From: a virus
Taxonomy: Duplodnaviria > Caudoviricetes
IMG/VR virus record: IMGVR_UViG_3300032007_000061
Span: 1 to 64,000 of that record
DNA length: 64,000 nucleotides
Reading direction: 5' to 3' (one strand)
Part shown: positions 1 through 10,184 of the stretch, piece after piece
Numbering within the stretch: position 1 is the first letter of the stretch
Layout of the letters: the number at the start of each line of letters is the position of its first letter
The notes under the pieces: generated by a model
The model's input: the letters and a program-made list of their open reading frames with translations, nothing else
Database searches by the model: none
What the model was told of the DNA's origin: nothing
Made by a program: the position numbers and the translations under genes

Positions 1-2228
1 GTAAGTCCTCACTCATTGAGGCTATCAGCTTTGGTATTACTGGTGAAACTTTGCGTAAGGTCAAGGCAGAGGAAATCATCAATGACAGTGCCGAGGAAGC
101 TTGTGTAACGCTGACTTTCGAGAATGATTACGACAACACCACTTTCATAGTGAACCGTACTATTTCTCGCTCATCGGCACAGGTTATTGAGTGTCACAAG
201 TTCAATTCTTCTAACATGGAGATTGAGACAGACAAGACCATCCAGCCATCCGTATTGGACTACAACAAGTTCATACTGGATGAGATTGGCCTTACCAAGG
301 ATGAAATCTATGCCAACTTTATTCTGTGTCGTAATAAGTACACGTCATTCTTCGATGCCAGTGACCGTGAGAAAAAGGAGATTATCAACCGTTTCTCCAA
401 TGGTATTCTGGTGGACGAATCCATTGCAAAGCTGCAAGAGGATTTGGAACCAGCAGAAGAGGATTTGCGTGGTAAGGAGCAGAATGTTTCCCGTGTCAGT
501 GGTAAGATTGAGGCTGTGAACGAGCAGATAGCAGAAGCCAACCAGAAAAAGGAGGAAGCTGCCAGGACCCGTGAGCAGGCTATTGAATCATTGCGTGAGA
601 AGATTGCCAACAAGCGTGAGGAAATCCGAACCACTAAGGAGAAGATTGGTGTTGCCAATGACCGCCTTGATCTGATTGACGAGTTTGGTGACAAGGTTGA
701 GCAGATGGAAAAGGATAATAAGAGTTTTGGTGAAAGCTATGATTACATCAAGGAAAACTTTGAGAAGTTGAAGTTTGAGCCGATTACTGACTATCTGCAG
801 TCCATGTGTGAGCAGTCTCATAAGCTGGACGAAGCCAAGTACCAGATGGAAACTTTGAAGTCCGAGCTGGAAGATTTGGAAGCTGCCTGTGCATCAACTG
901 AAAAAGTCTCTCAGGAAGCCTTGAAAAAGTATGAGGCTGTCAGTTCTTCAACCAATGCAGAGAACGATGCTGACAAGGCTAAAATCGCCCAAATCAATAA
1001 AGAAATAGACAAGTTTGATAGTGAGCTTACCAGAATCCAGAATGAGATAAAGGAAGAGAAGCGAAACTATAATAATTTGGATATGGATTTGGCCAGTGCA
1101 AACAATATTCTGCATGGAGCCATCACCTGCCCCAAGTGTCATCACCAGTTCCTACTCAGTAATGAGAAATCACTGGAAGATGTGCAAGCCGAAAAGAAGT
1201 CCATTGAAGCCAAGATGAAAGAATCGAAGCAGAATATGGATTCACTGGTTGAAGAGAGCGATAAAACTGGTGAACTTGTCGCCAAGAAAGAGAAGGAGAT
1301 TGCCGACATTAAGGCCGGTATCAACGAGCGCAACGATGTATTGCAGAAAGTCTTTGATGAGAAGCGTGTCGCCCAGAACAATTTGAGCGAGCTGCAATCG
1401 AAATTGAACAGTATCAGGAATCAGATTAACACTGTGCAGACAGTTATCGACTCTGCCAATGGTCAGATAGATAATATGCGCAAGCGAATGTTTGATGAGG
1501 TGTTCGGTGTGATTGACAGTAAGATGGATGCTGGTGAGCAATACATCAAGAACCTAAAGGAGCATATTGAACATTGTAACGCTACTATTGAGCAATATCA
1601 GCAGAACATCACAGAGCTGGAGAACAGCAAGACTGGTGACATTATGGATTCGCTTGTCAGTTCAAAGACTCAGTATGAAAAGGAATTGGAAGTTGCCACC
1701 CAGCAGCGAGATAAATCCCAGGCATTACGTGATGAGTTGAAGTTGCAGGAAGCCCATTTCGTAGCATTTAAGACCCATTTGGCCAACCAGAAGATTGATG
1801 CCATTGCTGCCGTTACTAACGGTGTACTGGAAGATATAGGTAGTGATATTCGCATTGAAATGATTGGATTTAAGGTCTTGAAGTCTGGTAAGGTCCGTGA
1901 CAAGATTACGATCAATGTGTTGCGTGATGGTGTTGATTGTGGCAATATCAACAAATTCTCTGCTGGTGAGCGTACCCGTATCAATTTGGCCAGTATCATT
2001 GCTTTGCAGCGTCTTACCAATGCCAATTGTGAGAACGGAAGAGGTCTTGACTTAGCCATCTATGATGAGATTCTGGATGCCTCAGACGAGAGTGGTATTG
2101 CCAGCTATTGCGAAATGATTAACAAAATGCACCTGACATCACTTGTGGTCACTCAGGGCATGGTCTCTGAATCGTATAAGTACCGCATTGTGGTCACTAA
2201 GCAAAACGGTATCTCTACTATTGGATAA
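1..2228 (+). CDS. SbcC/Rad50-like SMC-family ATPase (5' truncated by window edge)
   Basis: Frame is open from base 3 (KSSLIEAISFG, Walker A tail); long coiled coil with CPKC zinc hook; FSAGE signature; AIYDEILD Walker B. Confidence 0.85.
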   Translation, partial: KSSLIEAISFGITGETLRKVKAEEIINDSAEEACVTLTFENDYDNTTFIVNRTISRSSAQVIECHKFNSSNMEIETDKTIQPSVLDYNKFILDEIGLTKDEIYANFILCRNKYTSFFDASDREKKEIINRFSNGILVDESIAKLQEDLEPAEEDLRGKEQNVSRVSGKIEAVNEQIAEANQKKEEAARTREQAIESLREKIANKREEIRTTKEKIGVANDRLDLIDEFGDKVEQMEKDNKSFGESYDYIKENFEKLKFEPITDYLQSMCEQSHKLDEAKYQMETLKSELEDLEAACASTEKVSQEALKKYEAVSSSTNAENDADKAKIAQINKEIDKFDSELTRIQNEIKEEKRNYNNLDMDLASANNILHGAITCPKCHHQFLLSNEKSLEDVQAEKKSIEAKMKESKQNMDSLVEESDKTGELVAKKEKEIADIKAGINERNDVLQKVFDEKRVAQNNLSELQSKLNSIRNQINTVQTVIDSANGQIDNMRKRMFDEVFGVIDSKMDAGEQYIKNLKEHIEHCNATIEQYQQNITELENSKTGDIMDSLVSSKTQYEKELEVATQQRDKSQALRDELKLQEAHFVAFKTHLANQKIDAIAAVTNGVLEDIGSDIRIEMIGFKVLKSGKVRDKITINVLRDGVDCGNINKFSAGERTRINLASIIALQRLTNANCENGRGLDLAIYDEILDASDESGIASYCEMINKMHLTSLVVTQGMVSESYKYRIVVTKQNGISTIG

Positions 2229-2242
2229 TAAACTGAAAGAAG

Positions 2243-2746
2243 ATGCAGACATTAGACACAGAATATGTAAGTCAGTTGAAGCGTGAGAATGTGCTTGCGC
2301 TGGACGTTGCCAGCCATTGCGGATTCAAGTCCGAGCATGGTCATGGCACATGGTATTTCCCACCGACTGAGAGCGCACCCAAGCGTCTTGGTAAGGATTA
2401 CGGCCAGCACAAAGCCTTTCGCATGAAGATATTCGACTTTATTGTTGAGAACGACATCAAGGTTATTGCAGTGGAAGATGTCAGTTTCAGTAAGTTCTCA
2501 CTGGCCACCAGAAAGCTCTCCGAGTTGCGTGGTGTGCTGTTTGAGCTTTGCGAGACGCTTGACATTCCAGTGGTCACATTCAATGTTAAGGACATCAAGA
2601 AGTTCGCTACAGGTAACGGAAATGCCGACAAGGACATGATGATTGCAGCCTGCCAGAACCGATGGAGAATTGACGTGGGTGACGATGACAATGCCGCTGA
2701 TGCCGTTCACATCTTCTTTTATTTCTGTAAACGATATAATTTGTAA
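2243..2746 (+). CDS. RuvC-like Holliday junction resolvase
   Basis: LALDVASHCG, IAVED and NAADAV acidic motifs of RNase H-fold resolvases. Confidence 0.72.
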   Translation: MQTLDTEYVSQLKRENVLALDVASHCGFKSEHGHGTWYFPPTESAPKRLGKDYGQHKAFRMKIFDFIVENDIKVIAVEDVSFSKFSLATRKLSELRGVLFELCETLDIPVVTFNVKDIKKFATGNGNADKDMMIAACQNRWRIDVGDDDNAADAVHIFFYFCKRYNL

Positions 2747-2748
2747 AC

Positions 2749-3093
2749 ATGGGAAAGAAGCTTAAACGACACATAGCCCTATCAGTTGGGCATATAGTTC
2801 CTGAGTATTCAAACAAGCTGATAGACGAGTTCTTCAAGTTTGTTCAGGGCGAATACCATAATTTGACAATTGATGTTAGGGATATTTGCGACCTGGAGCA
2901 GCCAACTCCAGAATATATCGGGAAAGCATTATCTCGTTATACGCAAGTATGGAGGCAGTTCTGTATCATCAACAAGCTACCTGGTGAATCCCAGAATCTT
3001 TTAATGGCCAAAGTTAAAAGAAAATGGATAGACGAGGGTTGGGAGCAGAAGCTGTCAATACAGCGCAAGAAAAGAAAGAGCGTCCAAGTCTGA
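2749..3093 (+). CDS. hypothetical protein
   Basis: Abuts previous gene on the operon strand; no motif recognised. Confidence 0.65.
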   Translation: MGKKLKRHIALSVGHIVPEYSNKLIDEFFKFVQGEYHNLTIDVRDICDLEQPTPEYIGKALSRYTQVWRQFCIINKLPGESQNLLMAKVKRKWIDEGWEQKLSIQRKKRKSVQV

Positions 3094-3659
3094 CTGATGA
3101 AGAGCGCGAGCAGCGTTTCCATGAGTTGATTGATCCTCATTTCGAGTTTATACGGAACCTTGTTTCGTATTACACTGACCATCCGCAGTTTGTAGATGAG
3201 AACTACAATACGCTGTTGTTCGATTTCTACAGGTACATTCACACCTACAATGGTGACAAGCCGTTAAAGACGTGGTTACATTCGGTGGTCAGGAATAATG
3301 TGGGAACCATCAACAAGGAACGGGCTAAAGAAGCGGCCAAGATAGCAGATGCGGAGTTCAATCCGATTGAGAAGTCAAGGAAGCCGGACAACACAATGGA
3401 TTTGGAGAACGGCTTGCTGACATTGGCAGATTCTATCTCAGATGAGGTCTATTCCGCATTGCTATCTCTGCCTCCGCTCAGACTATCAGCTTTCGTATTG
3501 CAGATACAAGGCTATTCTATCGAGGAAATCACCAAGATAGAGTTTGAGCGAGGCCATCTAAACAAATGTTCTGATGACATCATTAAGAACAGGATTTTTT
3601 GGGCAAAGAAAGGTTTACGAGAAATTCTTATAAGTTATGGAGTTAAAAGAAAAATGTAG
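3024..3659 (+). CDS. sigma-70/ECF-like RNA polymerase sigma factor
   Basis: Region-2-like segment (FYRYIHTYNGDKPLKTWLHSVVRN) and region-4-like HTH (LSLPPLRLSAFVLQIQGYSIEEI). Confidence 0.65.
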   Translation: MDRRGLGAEAVNTAQEKKERPSLTDEEREQRFHELIDPHFEFIRNLVSYYTDHPQFVDENYNTLLFDFYRYIHTYNGDKPLKTWLHSVVRNNVGTINKERAKEAAKIADAEFNPIEKSRKPDNTMDLENGLLTLADSISDEVYSALLSLPPLRLSAFVLQIQGYSIEEITKIEFERGHLNKCSDDIIKNRIFWAKKGLREILISYGVKRKM

Positions 3660-4266
3660 TAAGATACAGAAGATGATTGAGGGCATCGTTCAGGTGCTTA
3701 TCAAGAGAGACTGGAAGCTGCCAGGTGGTCCGTCTGTCCTGACAACTATTGAGCGTGGACTGAATCGCATGAAAGTCCTATATCCTTACTCTGAAATGGC
3801 AGATGACCGCATTGTGGATTTTGTCGTTTACCAGTTGTATCGCTATCGTGACATCATCGGCACTTTTGACAAGGGCTGGAATCTTTCATGGTGCTTCTCT
3901 GACAATGCCGTTCAGAAGTACAAGAAGCAGTTTATTGATGCAGAGGGCAAGAGTGGTATGAACTACTACATCGACCAATGGCTGCAAGAGGGTCAGTTGG
4001 ATCGTCAGAAGCTGACAAGGCAAATCAGTGACCCACAAGAGCATCCGATGAGAAAGTATGTCTATATGCCGTCTGAGGAACAGATTAAGAAACATTCTAT
4101 CAAGATGGAGAATGGTCATGTCCTTTGTATGATGCGCACTACTGGTTGGTCGCCGTTCTCAGAGACGTGCAAACAATGTCAGCATACCGATGAGTGTATT
4201 GATTATCTGGAGCATAATGTTCCAGAGCTGCTGAGATTAAGAAGAGAAGAAATCAATAAGAGTTAA
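3637..4266 (+). CDS. hypothetical protein (upstream of helicase)
   Basis: 209-aa ORF coupled to neighbours; C-terminal Cys cluster (CKQCQHTDEC). Confidence 0.72.
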   Translation: MELKEKCSKIQKMIEGIVQVLIKRDWKLPGGPSVLTTIERGLNRMKVLYPYSEMADDRIVDFVVYQLYRYRDIIGTFDKGWNLSWCFSDNAVQKYKKQFIDAEGKSGMNYYIDQWLQEGQLDRQKLTRQISDPQEHPMRKYVYMPSEEQIKKHSIKMENGHVLCMMRTTGWSPFSETCKQCQHTDECIDYLEHNVPELLRLRREEINKS

Positions 4267-4271
4267 AGAGT

Positions 4272-5636
4272 ATGAGTAAGAAAAGTGAAGTCAATGTATT
4301 GTCAGAAGAGTTCCTTGCAGAGTTGTATAACTGTGCTATTAACAATGACCACTTGTGTTCGGTAGTTTGTCAGTATATGCAGGATGAGTTTCTGCCTGAC
4401 AGAGACTACCAGATGTTGAATAATGCCATCAAGGATTACTATCGTGAGCACCACATGGCTCCAAAGTTCAGTATCATCAAGCAGATGCTGGTATCGTCTC
4501 GTGCTGTATCTGAGTTGCTGAATGAGATTAAGGAGCTTGCATCGGGTGCTGACCCTGACAGTATTAGGGAGCAGTTTGAAAGATACCTTAAATTGGTCCA
4601 GTTCAAGCAGATTTTCAAGCAGATTGATGAAAAGTTCAAGAGCGGCGATAAGATGGATGCAGTCAAGGAGTTTGAATTGCAGGCTCAGAAGCTATCCAAG
4701 TTCTCGCTGGCTCCTGACAAGTTCGTAGATGTTGCCGCTACCTTTGAAACCAGATTGCGTGAGAATAAGGAAAGGCATGAGGAAGATAACAAGCTAAAGG
4801 CCGTTACCAGCTTCTATATTGATGAGCTGGATGCACGTAACAATGGTCGTAACTTGCGTACCCAGCTTTCCGTGTTCATTGCTATGTCTGGTGTTGGTAA
4901 GTCTCATTTGGCTCGTTGGATAGGTGCCAATGCAGCATATACCAGTGGACTTGATACTTTGCACTTGCAGTTTGAGGGTAGTGCCAATGAGACGCTGGAT
5001 GCCTATTCAGCTTCTATTGTCCGTTCACCAACACTGGAGTATGAGCGTGGTTATGTCAACCAGCACACCATTGAGGCTTTCCAGAAGCAGGTTGAGAGTT
5101 TTGCTGGTACGTTGAAAGTCCGTGCTTATTCCAAGTTCGGTAAGAAAAACAGCACCATTGATGTCCGAAATGCTTGTGAGGAATACAAAGAAGCATACGG
5201 CAAATATCCAGATGTTGTTGTTGTGGATTCTATGGACTTGTTGGCCGATTCATCTGGTAGGAATTGGGATAACAAGAGCCTCAGATTCATGCGTATTGCC
5301 GTTGCCGAGGATTTGAAAGACCTGGCAGCAGAGATTAACGCTTGGGTTGTTGCTACCTATCAGGCCACCATTGAAGATACTGAGTGGGTCAACAATGAGA
5401 AGAATGTGCTGAATGGCTACAATACGGCTGAATGTAAGGGTTTGCAGCGTCCTTGTACCCATCTTATATCTCTCAATCAGAGTGACCGAGAAGCCAAGGA
5501 ACAGACCATGCGCATCAATATAGCTAAGTCCAGATTCTTTAGAAAAGGCGAGCCGTTCAGAATATGCACTGACTATGAGCATGAGTGCTTCTTCGATAGA
5601 AAACGTACATTGAATTTAGGAAATACTGATGAATAG
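4272..5636 (+). CDS. dnaB: DnaB-like replicative helicase
   Basis: Walker A AMSGVGKS, Walker B VVVDSMD, C-terminal IAKSRF arginine-finger segment. Confidence 0.88.
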   Translation: MSKKSEVNVLSEEFLAELYNCAINNDHLCSVVCQYMQDEFLPDRDYQMLNNAIKDYYREHHMAPKFSIIKQMLVSSRAVSELLNEIKELASGADPDSIREQFERYLKLVQFKQIFKQIDEKFKSGDKMDAVKEFELQAQKLSKFSLAPDKFVDVAATFETRLRENKERHEEDNKLKAVTSFYIDELDARNNGRNLRTQLSVFIAMSGVGKSHLARWIGANAAYTSGLDTLHLQFEGSANETLDAYSASIVRSPTLEYERGYVNQHTIEAFQKQVESFAGTLKVRAYSKFGKKNSTIDVRNACEEYKEAYGKYPDVVVVDSMDLLADSSGRNWDNKSLRFMRIAVAEDLKDLAAEINAWVVATYQATIEDTEWVNNEKNVLNGYNTAECKGLQRPCTHLISLNQSDREAKEQTMRINIAKSRFFRKGEPFRICTDYEHECFFDRKRTLNLGNTDE

Positions 5637-6240
5637 TATGGAAGCTGAAATTTGGAAAGATATACCTGAATATGAAGGGTATTATCAAGTGTCAAATATG
5701 GGCCATATAAGAAGTCTTGACAGGACAATTCAAGATAGGCGTGGGCATTTGTGTTTTTTACATGAAAAGACATTGAAACCAGGAATGGGGACCAATGGTT
5801 ATCATTTTGTGGCTTTAGCAAAAGATCATGTTGTTGTTGAAAGAGGTATTCATGTTCTTGTTGCAATTACATTTTTGGATTGTGAATATCGCAAATATAA
5901 TAAGGTCGTTAATCATAAAAATGGCATTAAAACGGACAATAGATTGGAAAATTTGGAAATTGTAACAATGCAAGAAAATGTCCTTCATGCTATTGATAAT
6001 GACTTGATTAAACGAGGATTTGATAGTAGTCAAACTATTTTGTCTATGGAACAAGCTTGTCAAGTGTATATCATGGTCAAAATATTTGGGGCAAAGCAAA
6101 AGCCATTAGGTGTTCATTATGACGTTAGTGCAACAACTATCAGAAGAGCTGTTAAATGGGTTGAAGGTCATAAGTCAGATAAAAAAGTGTCTGATTTGTT
6201 GAATAGATTAAAATTTAAGTTTGAGCTTCTTGATAGTTAA
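5629..6240 (+). CDS. NUMOD4-HNH homing endonuclease
   Basis: EIWKDIPEYEGYYQVSNMG (NUMOD4), IHVLVA and VVNHKNGIKTDNRLENLE (HNH); visibly AT-richer than flanks. Confidence 0.87.
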   Translation: MNSMEAEIWKDIPEYEGYYQVSNMGHIRSLDRTIQDRRGHLCFLHEKTLKPGMGTNGYHFVALAKDHVVVERGIHVLVAITFLDCEYRKYNKVVNHKNGIKTDNRLENLEIVTMQENVLHAIDNDLIKRGFDSSQTILSMEQACQVYIMVKIFGAKQKPLGVHYDVSATTIRRAVKWVEGHKSDKKVSDLLNRLKFKFELLDS

Positions 6241-6289
6241 AATATAGTTAAAGTGGACGTAAAACGTAAACATTTCCAAAACTTTTTCT

Positions 6290-6297
6290 TACCTTTG
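6290..6297 (+). promoter_or_regulatory. Bacteroidetes -7 promoter element (TACCTTTG) for primase/dnaE unit
   Basis: Matches TAnnTTTG in the HNH-primase intergenic gap. Confidence 0.65.
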
Positions 6298-6308
6298 CGT
6301 CCACTTCT

Positions 6309-6350
6309 AATTTGATGAGCGCATAGTTCCAATTTGATGAGAGCAGATTC
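6309..6350 (+). repeat. tandem pair of 20-bp box (AATTTGATGAGCGCATAGTT / AATTTGATGAGAGCAGATTC)
   Basis: Direct repeats at 6309 and 6331; same box recurs at 29246, 58679, 58704 and 61374. Confidence 0.8.
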
Positions 6351-6377
6351 ACTTTGTAAGAATAAAGTGATGAAGTT

Positions 6378-7415
6378 ATGGAACTTTCAAATGAAGTAAA
6401 GCATGAACTTATTGAAGAGCTTGTATCTACAATAGATGGGGCAAAGTTGGACGGGCTGCAGAAAAACGTAGTTCTCAGTATTTGTCCGTTTTGTGGTCAT
6501 GCTGGATATAAGTATGGTATCTATGTCGGTCCTGAGAGCAAGTACAAGGTGTTCGGGAGTTCTAATTGTTTCAGCTGTGGAAAGAGTTTCAGGACTTTAG
6601 AAGATACGCTGAAAGCATTGGGGCATGAGGAATTAACGCCTAAGAAAACCGTTGAGCTGGATGATGATGCCGATGATGAGCTGCATCTTTTTGAGGATGA
6701 GATTGATGATTCGTTGGTTGAGATTGCTATGCCGAAGGGATATAGGCGAACTTATAAGAACCAGTATTTCAGGTTGCGCGGTTGGTTGTATGATGACTTT
6801 GAGTGCTTTGAGGTGGGAACCAACAGAGGCATGGATAGAAAGCTGGAAGATTATGTCATCATTCCAGTTATTGATGCTGGCCGCTATGTCGGTTGGGTTG
6901 CCCGTCATACATGGAGTAAGGAAGAGATAGATGAGTATAATAGCCGTCATCGTTTCCAGATTCGCAGATACCTTAATTCCACTGAAAAAGAGGGCGGTAA
7001 TGGCTTCTCTAAGCTTCTCTATAATATTGATATGGTCAAGAAGTATGAGACCGAGACCGTCATTCTTTGTGAGGGCGCATTTGATGTTGTAGGGCTGGTA
7101 AGAGGTCTGGAGTTGTACGATAACAAGTCTATAGTGCCGGTTGCCACATTCGGAAAAGCCGTGTCTGAGATTCAGATTTACAAGCTGCAGGAGAAAGGTG
7201 TCAAGACTATTGTTTTGGGATATGATGCTGATGAAGCTGGCAGGGGTGCAATCAATAAGGTTGCCAATGATCTTGATTCCTATTTTGATGTCTATGTAGC
7301 CGCCATTCCAGATGATTTCGGCAAGGATTTCGGTGATATGTCGAAAGCTGAAATGTATGATGTATTCGCTAACCATATTGTTACACCAAGAGAGTTTTAT
7401 TATGGCGATAAGTGA
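6378..7415 (+). CDS. DNA primase (Zn-finger + TOPRIM)
   Basis: CPFC...CFSC zinc finger; ILCEGAFD and LGYDAD TOPRIM motifs. Confidence 0.82.
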   Translation: MELSNEVKHELIEELVSTIDGAKLDGLQKNVVLSICPFCGHAGYKYGIYVGPESKYKVFGSSNCFSCGKSFRTLEDTLKALGHEELTPKKTVELDDDADDELHLFEDEIDDSLVEIAMPKGYRRTYKNQYFRLRGWLYDDFECFEVGTNRGMDRKLEDYVIIPVIDAGRYVGWVARHTWSKEEIDEYNSRHRFQIRRYLNSTEKEGGNGFSKLLYNIDMVKKYETETVILCEGAFDVVGLVRGLELYDNKSIVPVATFGKAVSEIQIYKLQEKGVKTIVLGYDADEAGRGAINKVANDLDSYFDVYVAAIPDDFGKDFGDMSKAEMYDVFANHIVTPREFYYGDK

Positions 7416-7572
7416 TAACGGCAATATAATAATTATTGGCAATGGCAGGAATTTTGGCAAAAGCCTACAGATGCAGGGAGCCATGTTTGAGACTAAGGAA
7501 AGAATAGCATTTGTGGCCCATGATGGCAGTATTCGTTACTCTGAATGGGCTGATGCAGAAGAAATAAAGTAA
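7402..7572 (+). CDS. small hypothetical protein (56 aa)
   Basis: ATG at 7402 in the frame of the ORF-track 7312 ORF; fills the primase-dnaE gap. Confidence 0.45.
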   Translation: MAISDNGNIIIIGNGRNFGKSLQMQGAMFETKERIAFVAHDGSIRYSEWADAEEIK

Positions 7573-7576
7573 GGTT

Positions 7577-9307
7577 ATGGATGAGTTATTGCAGTGGTTG
7601 GACGCAAACCATATTGATTACAATGTTCGAAAGGACGTTATCTTTGTCGCTGGGTGGGGTAAGGCACTATTCCAGGACATGACGAAGCGTGACCATATTT
7701 TCAAGAAAGATAGTGGTGACAATACGGTATTCAGCTGCATCGAGAACACAGATTTCTTGATTGCAGATGAGATATTCTATGTCATATTCAAGTTTGGAAA
7801 TCGTTTCTACTATCAGGATATTCGTGAGAGCAAGCCGAATTTCCAGCTGTTGAAGTATATCGGAGCCGCCAAGAAAGGAACCATTGAGTGTGATTTCTAT
7901 CCACTTGGTATTCATACTGGCTATGAGCTGTTGAATGGTAGTGGCTCGCTTGCTAATTGGTGCAAGAAAGCCAAATTTTTGGGTTACAAGGGTCTTGGTA
8001 TAGCTGACAGATGTACGATGGCTGGTACGCTTGATTTGCAGCGAGAGGCGGCTAAATTGGAGTTGAGCCATGTGTTCGGTTACTCATTGACTATCTCAGT
8101 TGGTGATTCAAAGGTCGGTGCCAAGATTTATGCCAACACCCAGCGAGGATTTGAGAATATGCTGAGAATCCAAAAGGTTGTCTGTGTTGATCGAGAGGAT
8201 GGCATCATTGACTATGCCCAGCTGGTCCAGTATGCTGATGGTAACTGCCTTGTATTCGATAAATGGTCTGGTCAGTGGCTTGTCGAGAACGATGATAAGA
8301 TAGATGGCTTTATGGATGCCTTTGAAGGTTTTGTGTATTTCCAGGTTGACACAACGGAGTTCAGAGCAAACAGGATTGACGAGCAGACTCTGTTTAGCAT
8401 TAAGGCTTTCTTTGAGCATTTTTATATGTTTAGTTCAGTCAGTGGTGAGTTTCGTGGCTATTTGCATGATTTGCGTCCAGTTCTCATTCAAGATGTATAT
8501 TATCTGGATGCGGATGACTGGAAGAATAAGGTTGTGCTTAATAAGGTAGATACTGGAGCGGCGCATGAGCAGAGCTTTAACCAGTATATGAAAACGCTGG
8601 ATGAGCTTTACGATGAGTTCAGGGCATTGTTTTCTGAGAAGTATGGGGATGATGTGTTTTTCGATATGTGTGAAAGCACAGCGGAGATTGCTGAAAATTC
8701 GGATGCAGCATACGATTTGACAGATAATTATGCACCGAAGTATCGAATGACAGAAGATGAGGTTGTCAGGTATGGTGATACTCACACTATGTTTTGTGAA
8801 TTGATTGAGGATGGCTTCAAGGAATTGGTTCCAAAGGGTCAAGAAAAGATTTATAGAGAGCGTGTTGAGTATGAGAAATATGTTATTGAGAGTACGGATA
8901 ATGTTGATTATTATCTGATTACTTGGGATGAGGTGAATTGGGCTAAGAAGAATAATATTCTTGTCGGAGTTGGCCGAGGAAGCGCCGGTGGCTGTGTCAT
9001 TTCGTGGTTATTGCATATTACGATGATTGATCCGATAAAATGGGGATTGTTGTTTGAGCGTTTTCTGCTGCCAGAGCGAGGTGGTTTGGAGCCTGATGAT
9101 GTCACTATCATTGGAGAGGACATAGCTTCCAGTAATTATGTTGAGTTGACACTGGATAATGGCAAAATTTATAAATTTGATGCTGATGCAGAGTTTCGTG
9201 TAAAGCGTGGTGATGATGTCATTGTTGTTTATGCTGATGAGCTTGAAGAAAATGATGATATTATATGGGATAGAAAGGATGAGCTATTTACTATAAATGA
9301 GGTGTGA
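7577..9307 (+). CDS. dnaE: DNA polymerase III alpha, N-terminal fragment (PHP + part of palm) ending in a Hint-like tail
   Basis: PHP motifs GIHTGYELLNG and GIADR; GVGRGSAGG; FERFLLPER followed by an 85-aa intein-like tail. Confidence 0.9.
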   Translation: MDELLQWLDANHIDYNVRKDVIFVAGWGKALFQDMTKRDHIFKKDSGDNTVFSCIENTDFLIADEIFYVIFKFGNRFYYQDIRESKPNFQLLKYIGAAKKGTIECDFYPLGIHTGYELLNGSGSLANWCKKAKFLGYKGLGIADRCTMAGTLDLQREAAKLELSHVFGYSLTISVGDSKVGAKIYANTQRGFENMLRIQKVVCVDREDGIIDYAQLVQYADGNCLVFDKWSGQWLVENDDKIDGFMDAFEGFVYFQVDTTEFRANRIDEQTLFSIKAFFEHFYMFSSVSGEFRGYLHDLRPVLIQDVYYLDADDWKNKVVLNKVDTGAAHEQSFNQYMKTLDELYDEFRALFSEKYGDDVFFDMCESTAEIAENSDAAYDLTDNYAPKYRMTEDEVVRYGDTHTMFCELIEDGFKELVPKGQEKIYRERVEYEKYVIESTDNVDYYLITWDEVNWAKKNNILVGVGRGSAGGCVISWLLHITMIDPIKWGLLFERFLLPERGGLEPDDVTIIGEDIASSNYVELTLDNGKIYKFDADAEFRVKRGDDVIVVYADELEENDDIIWDRKDELFTINEV

Positions 9308-10080
9308 TTATGGAGGAATGGGTTGATATTCATGGTTTTAATGGCTTATATCAAATAAGCAATAACGGCAGAATCAGACGAATTGGTACTAAAATTTGTA
9401 TATTCAAGCCTAAGTATTTGCATGGATTTCACTATGTCAGATTAAAAGAAAATGGCAGGAGAATAGTTTACTGCATTGAACGAATGTTGCCAGAGTATTT
9501 TTCTGACAAGTATCAAATGGTCAACAGATATTCTACTAATTCTAACGATGAACTTTGGATGGATATAAATGGTTATGAAGGTCTCTACCAAGTGAGTAAT
9601 AGAGGACGTGTAAGAAGCGTTACTCATACTATTACATTGAATAATGGTAGAGAGCGAACTATTTATGGAAAGGAGTTGGTATTGCATGAAGGTGGCAATA
9701 ATCAATATCTTCAAGCATGTCTTCATAAAGACGGGAATGTTCAGAATAGGCTCGTTCATCGTATGGTTGCCGAACTGTTTATCGGTGAGATACCAGATGG
9801 CCATGAAATAAATCATAAAAATGCGAATGTTCAAGATAATCGTGTTGAAAATCTTGAAATAGTGACGAGAAAAGAGAATATGGCCCATGCTGTAAGAAAC
9901 AATTTGGTACAGTGTGGAGAAGAACATCATAGTGCAAAATTGACGAATGAAGATGCCATTATGATAAGAAAATTATATAGAAAGGGTGGTATTTCTCAGA
10001 CAGAATTAGGTAAAATGTTTGGCGTTTCACAGAATGTAATATTTAAGATAGTTAATTACGAAACATATTTAGTAAAATGA
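9304..10080 (+). CDS. NUMOD4x2-HNH homing endonuclease inside dnaE
   Basis: Two NUMOD4 repeats (WVDIHGFNGLYQISNNG, WMDINGYEGLYQVSNRG), LVHRMVA and INHKNANVQDNRVENLE; C-terminal HTH. Confidence 0.9.
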   Translation: MIMEEWVDIHGFNGLYQISNNGRIRRIGTKICIFKPKYLHGFHYVRLKENGRRIVYCIERMLPEYFSDKYQMVNRYSTNSNDELWMDINGYEGLYQVSNRGRVRSVTHTITLNNGRERTIYGKELVLHEGGNNQYLQACLHKDGNVQNRLVHRMVAELFIGEIPDGHEINHKNANVQDNRVENLEIVTRKENMAHAVRNNLVQCGEEHHSAKLTNEDAIMIRKLYRKGGISQTELGKMFGVSQNVIFKIVNYETYLVK

Positions 10081-10184
10081 AAGTCCAGAGTATTAAACAC
10101 ATTAAAAAAGCGAAGCTAACAAAGGTCTTAGACTGCTTCGTAGAAAGGGGGTACGTGAAGCGGGCGCATGGCTCGCTTCCGTGA
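10077..10184 (+). CDS. 35-aa IntC-like dnaE linker peptide MKVQSIKHIKKAKLTKVLDCFVERGYVKRAHGSLP (not in ORF track)
   Basis: Hand-translated; ATGA overlap with the HNH stop and GTGA overlap with the next start; ends in SLP, which normally precedes DIDIDF. Confidence 0.7.
   Translation: MKVQSIKHIKKAKLTKVLDCFVERGYVKRAHGSLP

Noticed and set aside
3024-3093. Programmed frameshift joining the 2749 ORF to the sigma gene
   Set aside because: The 70-nt overlap has no canonical slippery heptamer and both ORFs have their own ATG
6633-7484. 283-aa minus-strand ORF (likewise 19876-20691 -, 29728-30597 +, 46415-47263 +, 59811-60626 +)
   Set aside because: Antisense shadows of well-supported genes, with no motifs
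9080-10175. Active (trans-)splicing intein
   Set aside because: No Cys/Ser at position 1, no TxxH, terminal His-Gly rather than His-Asn/Gln
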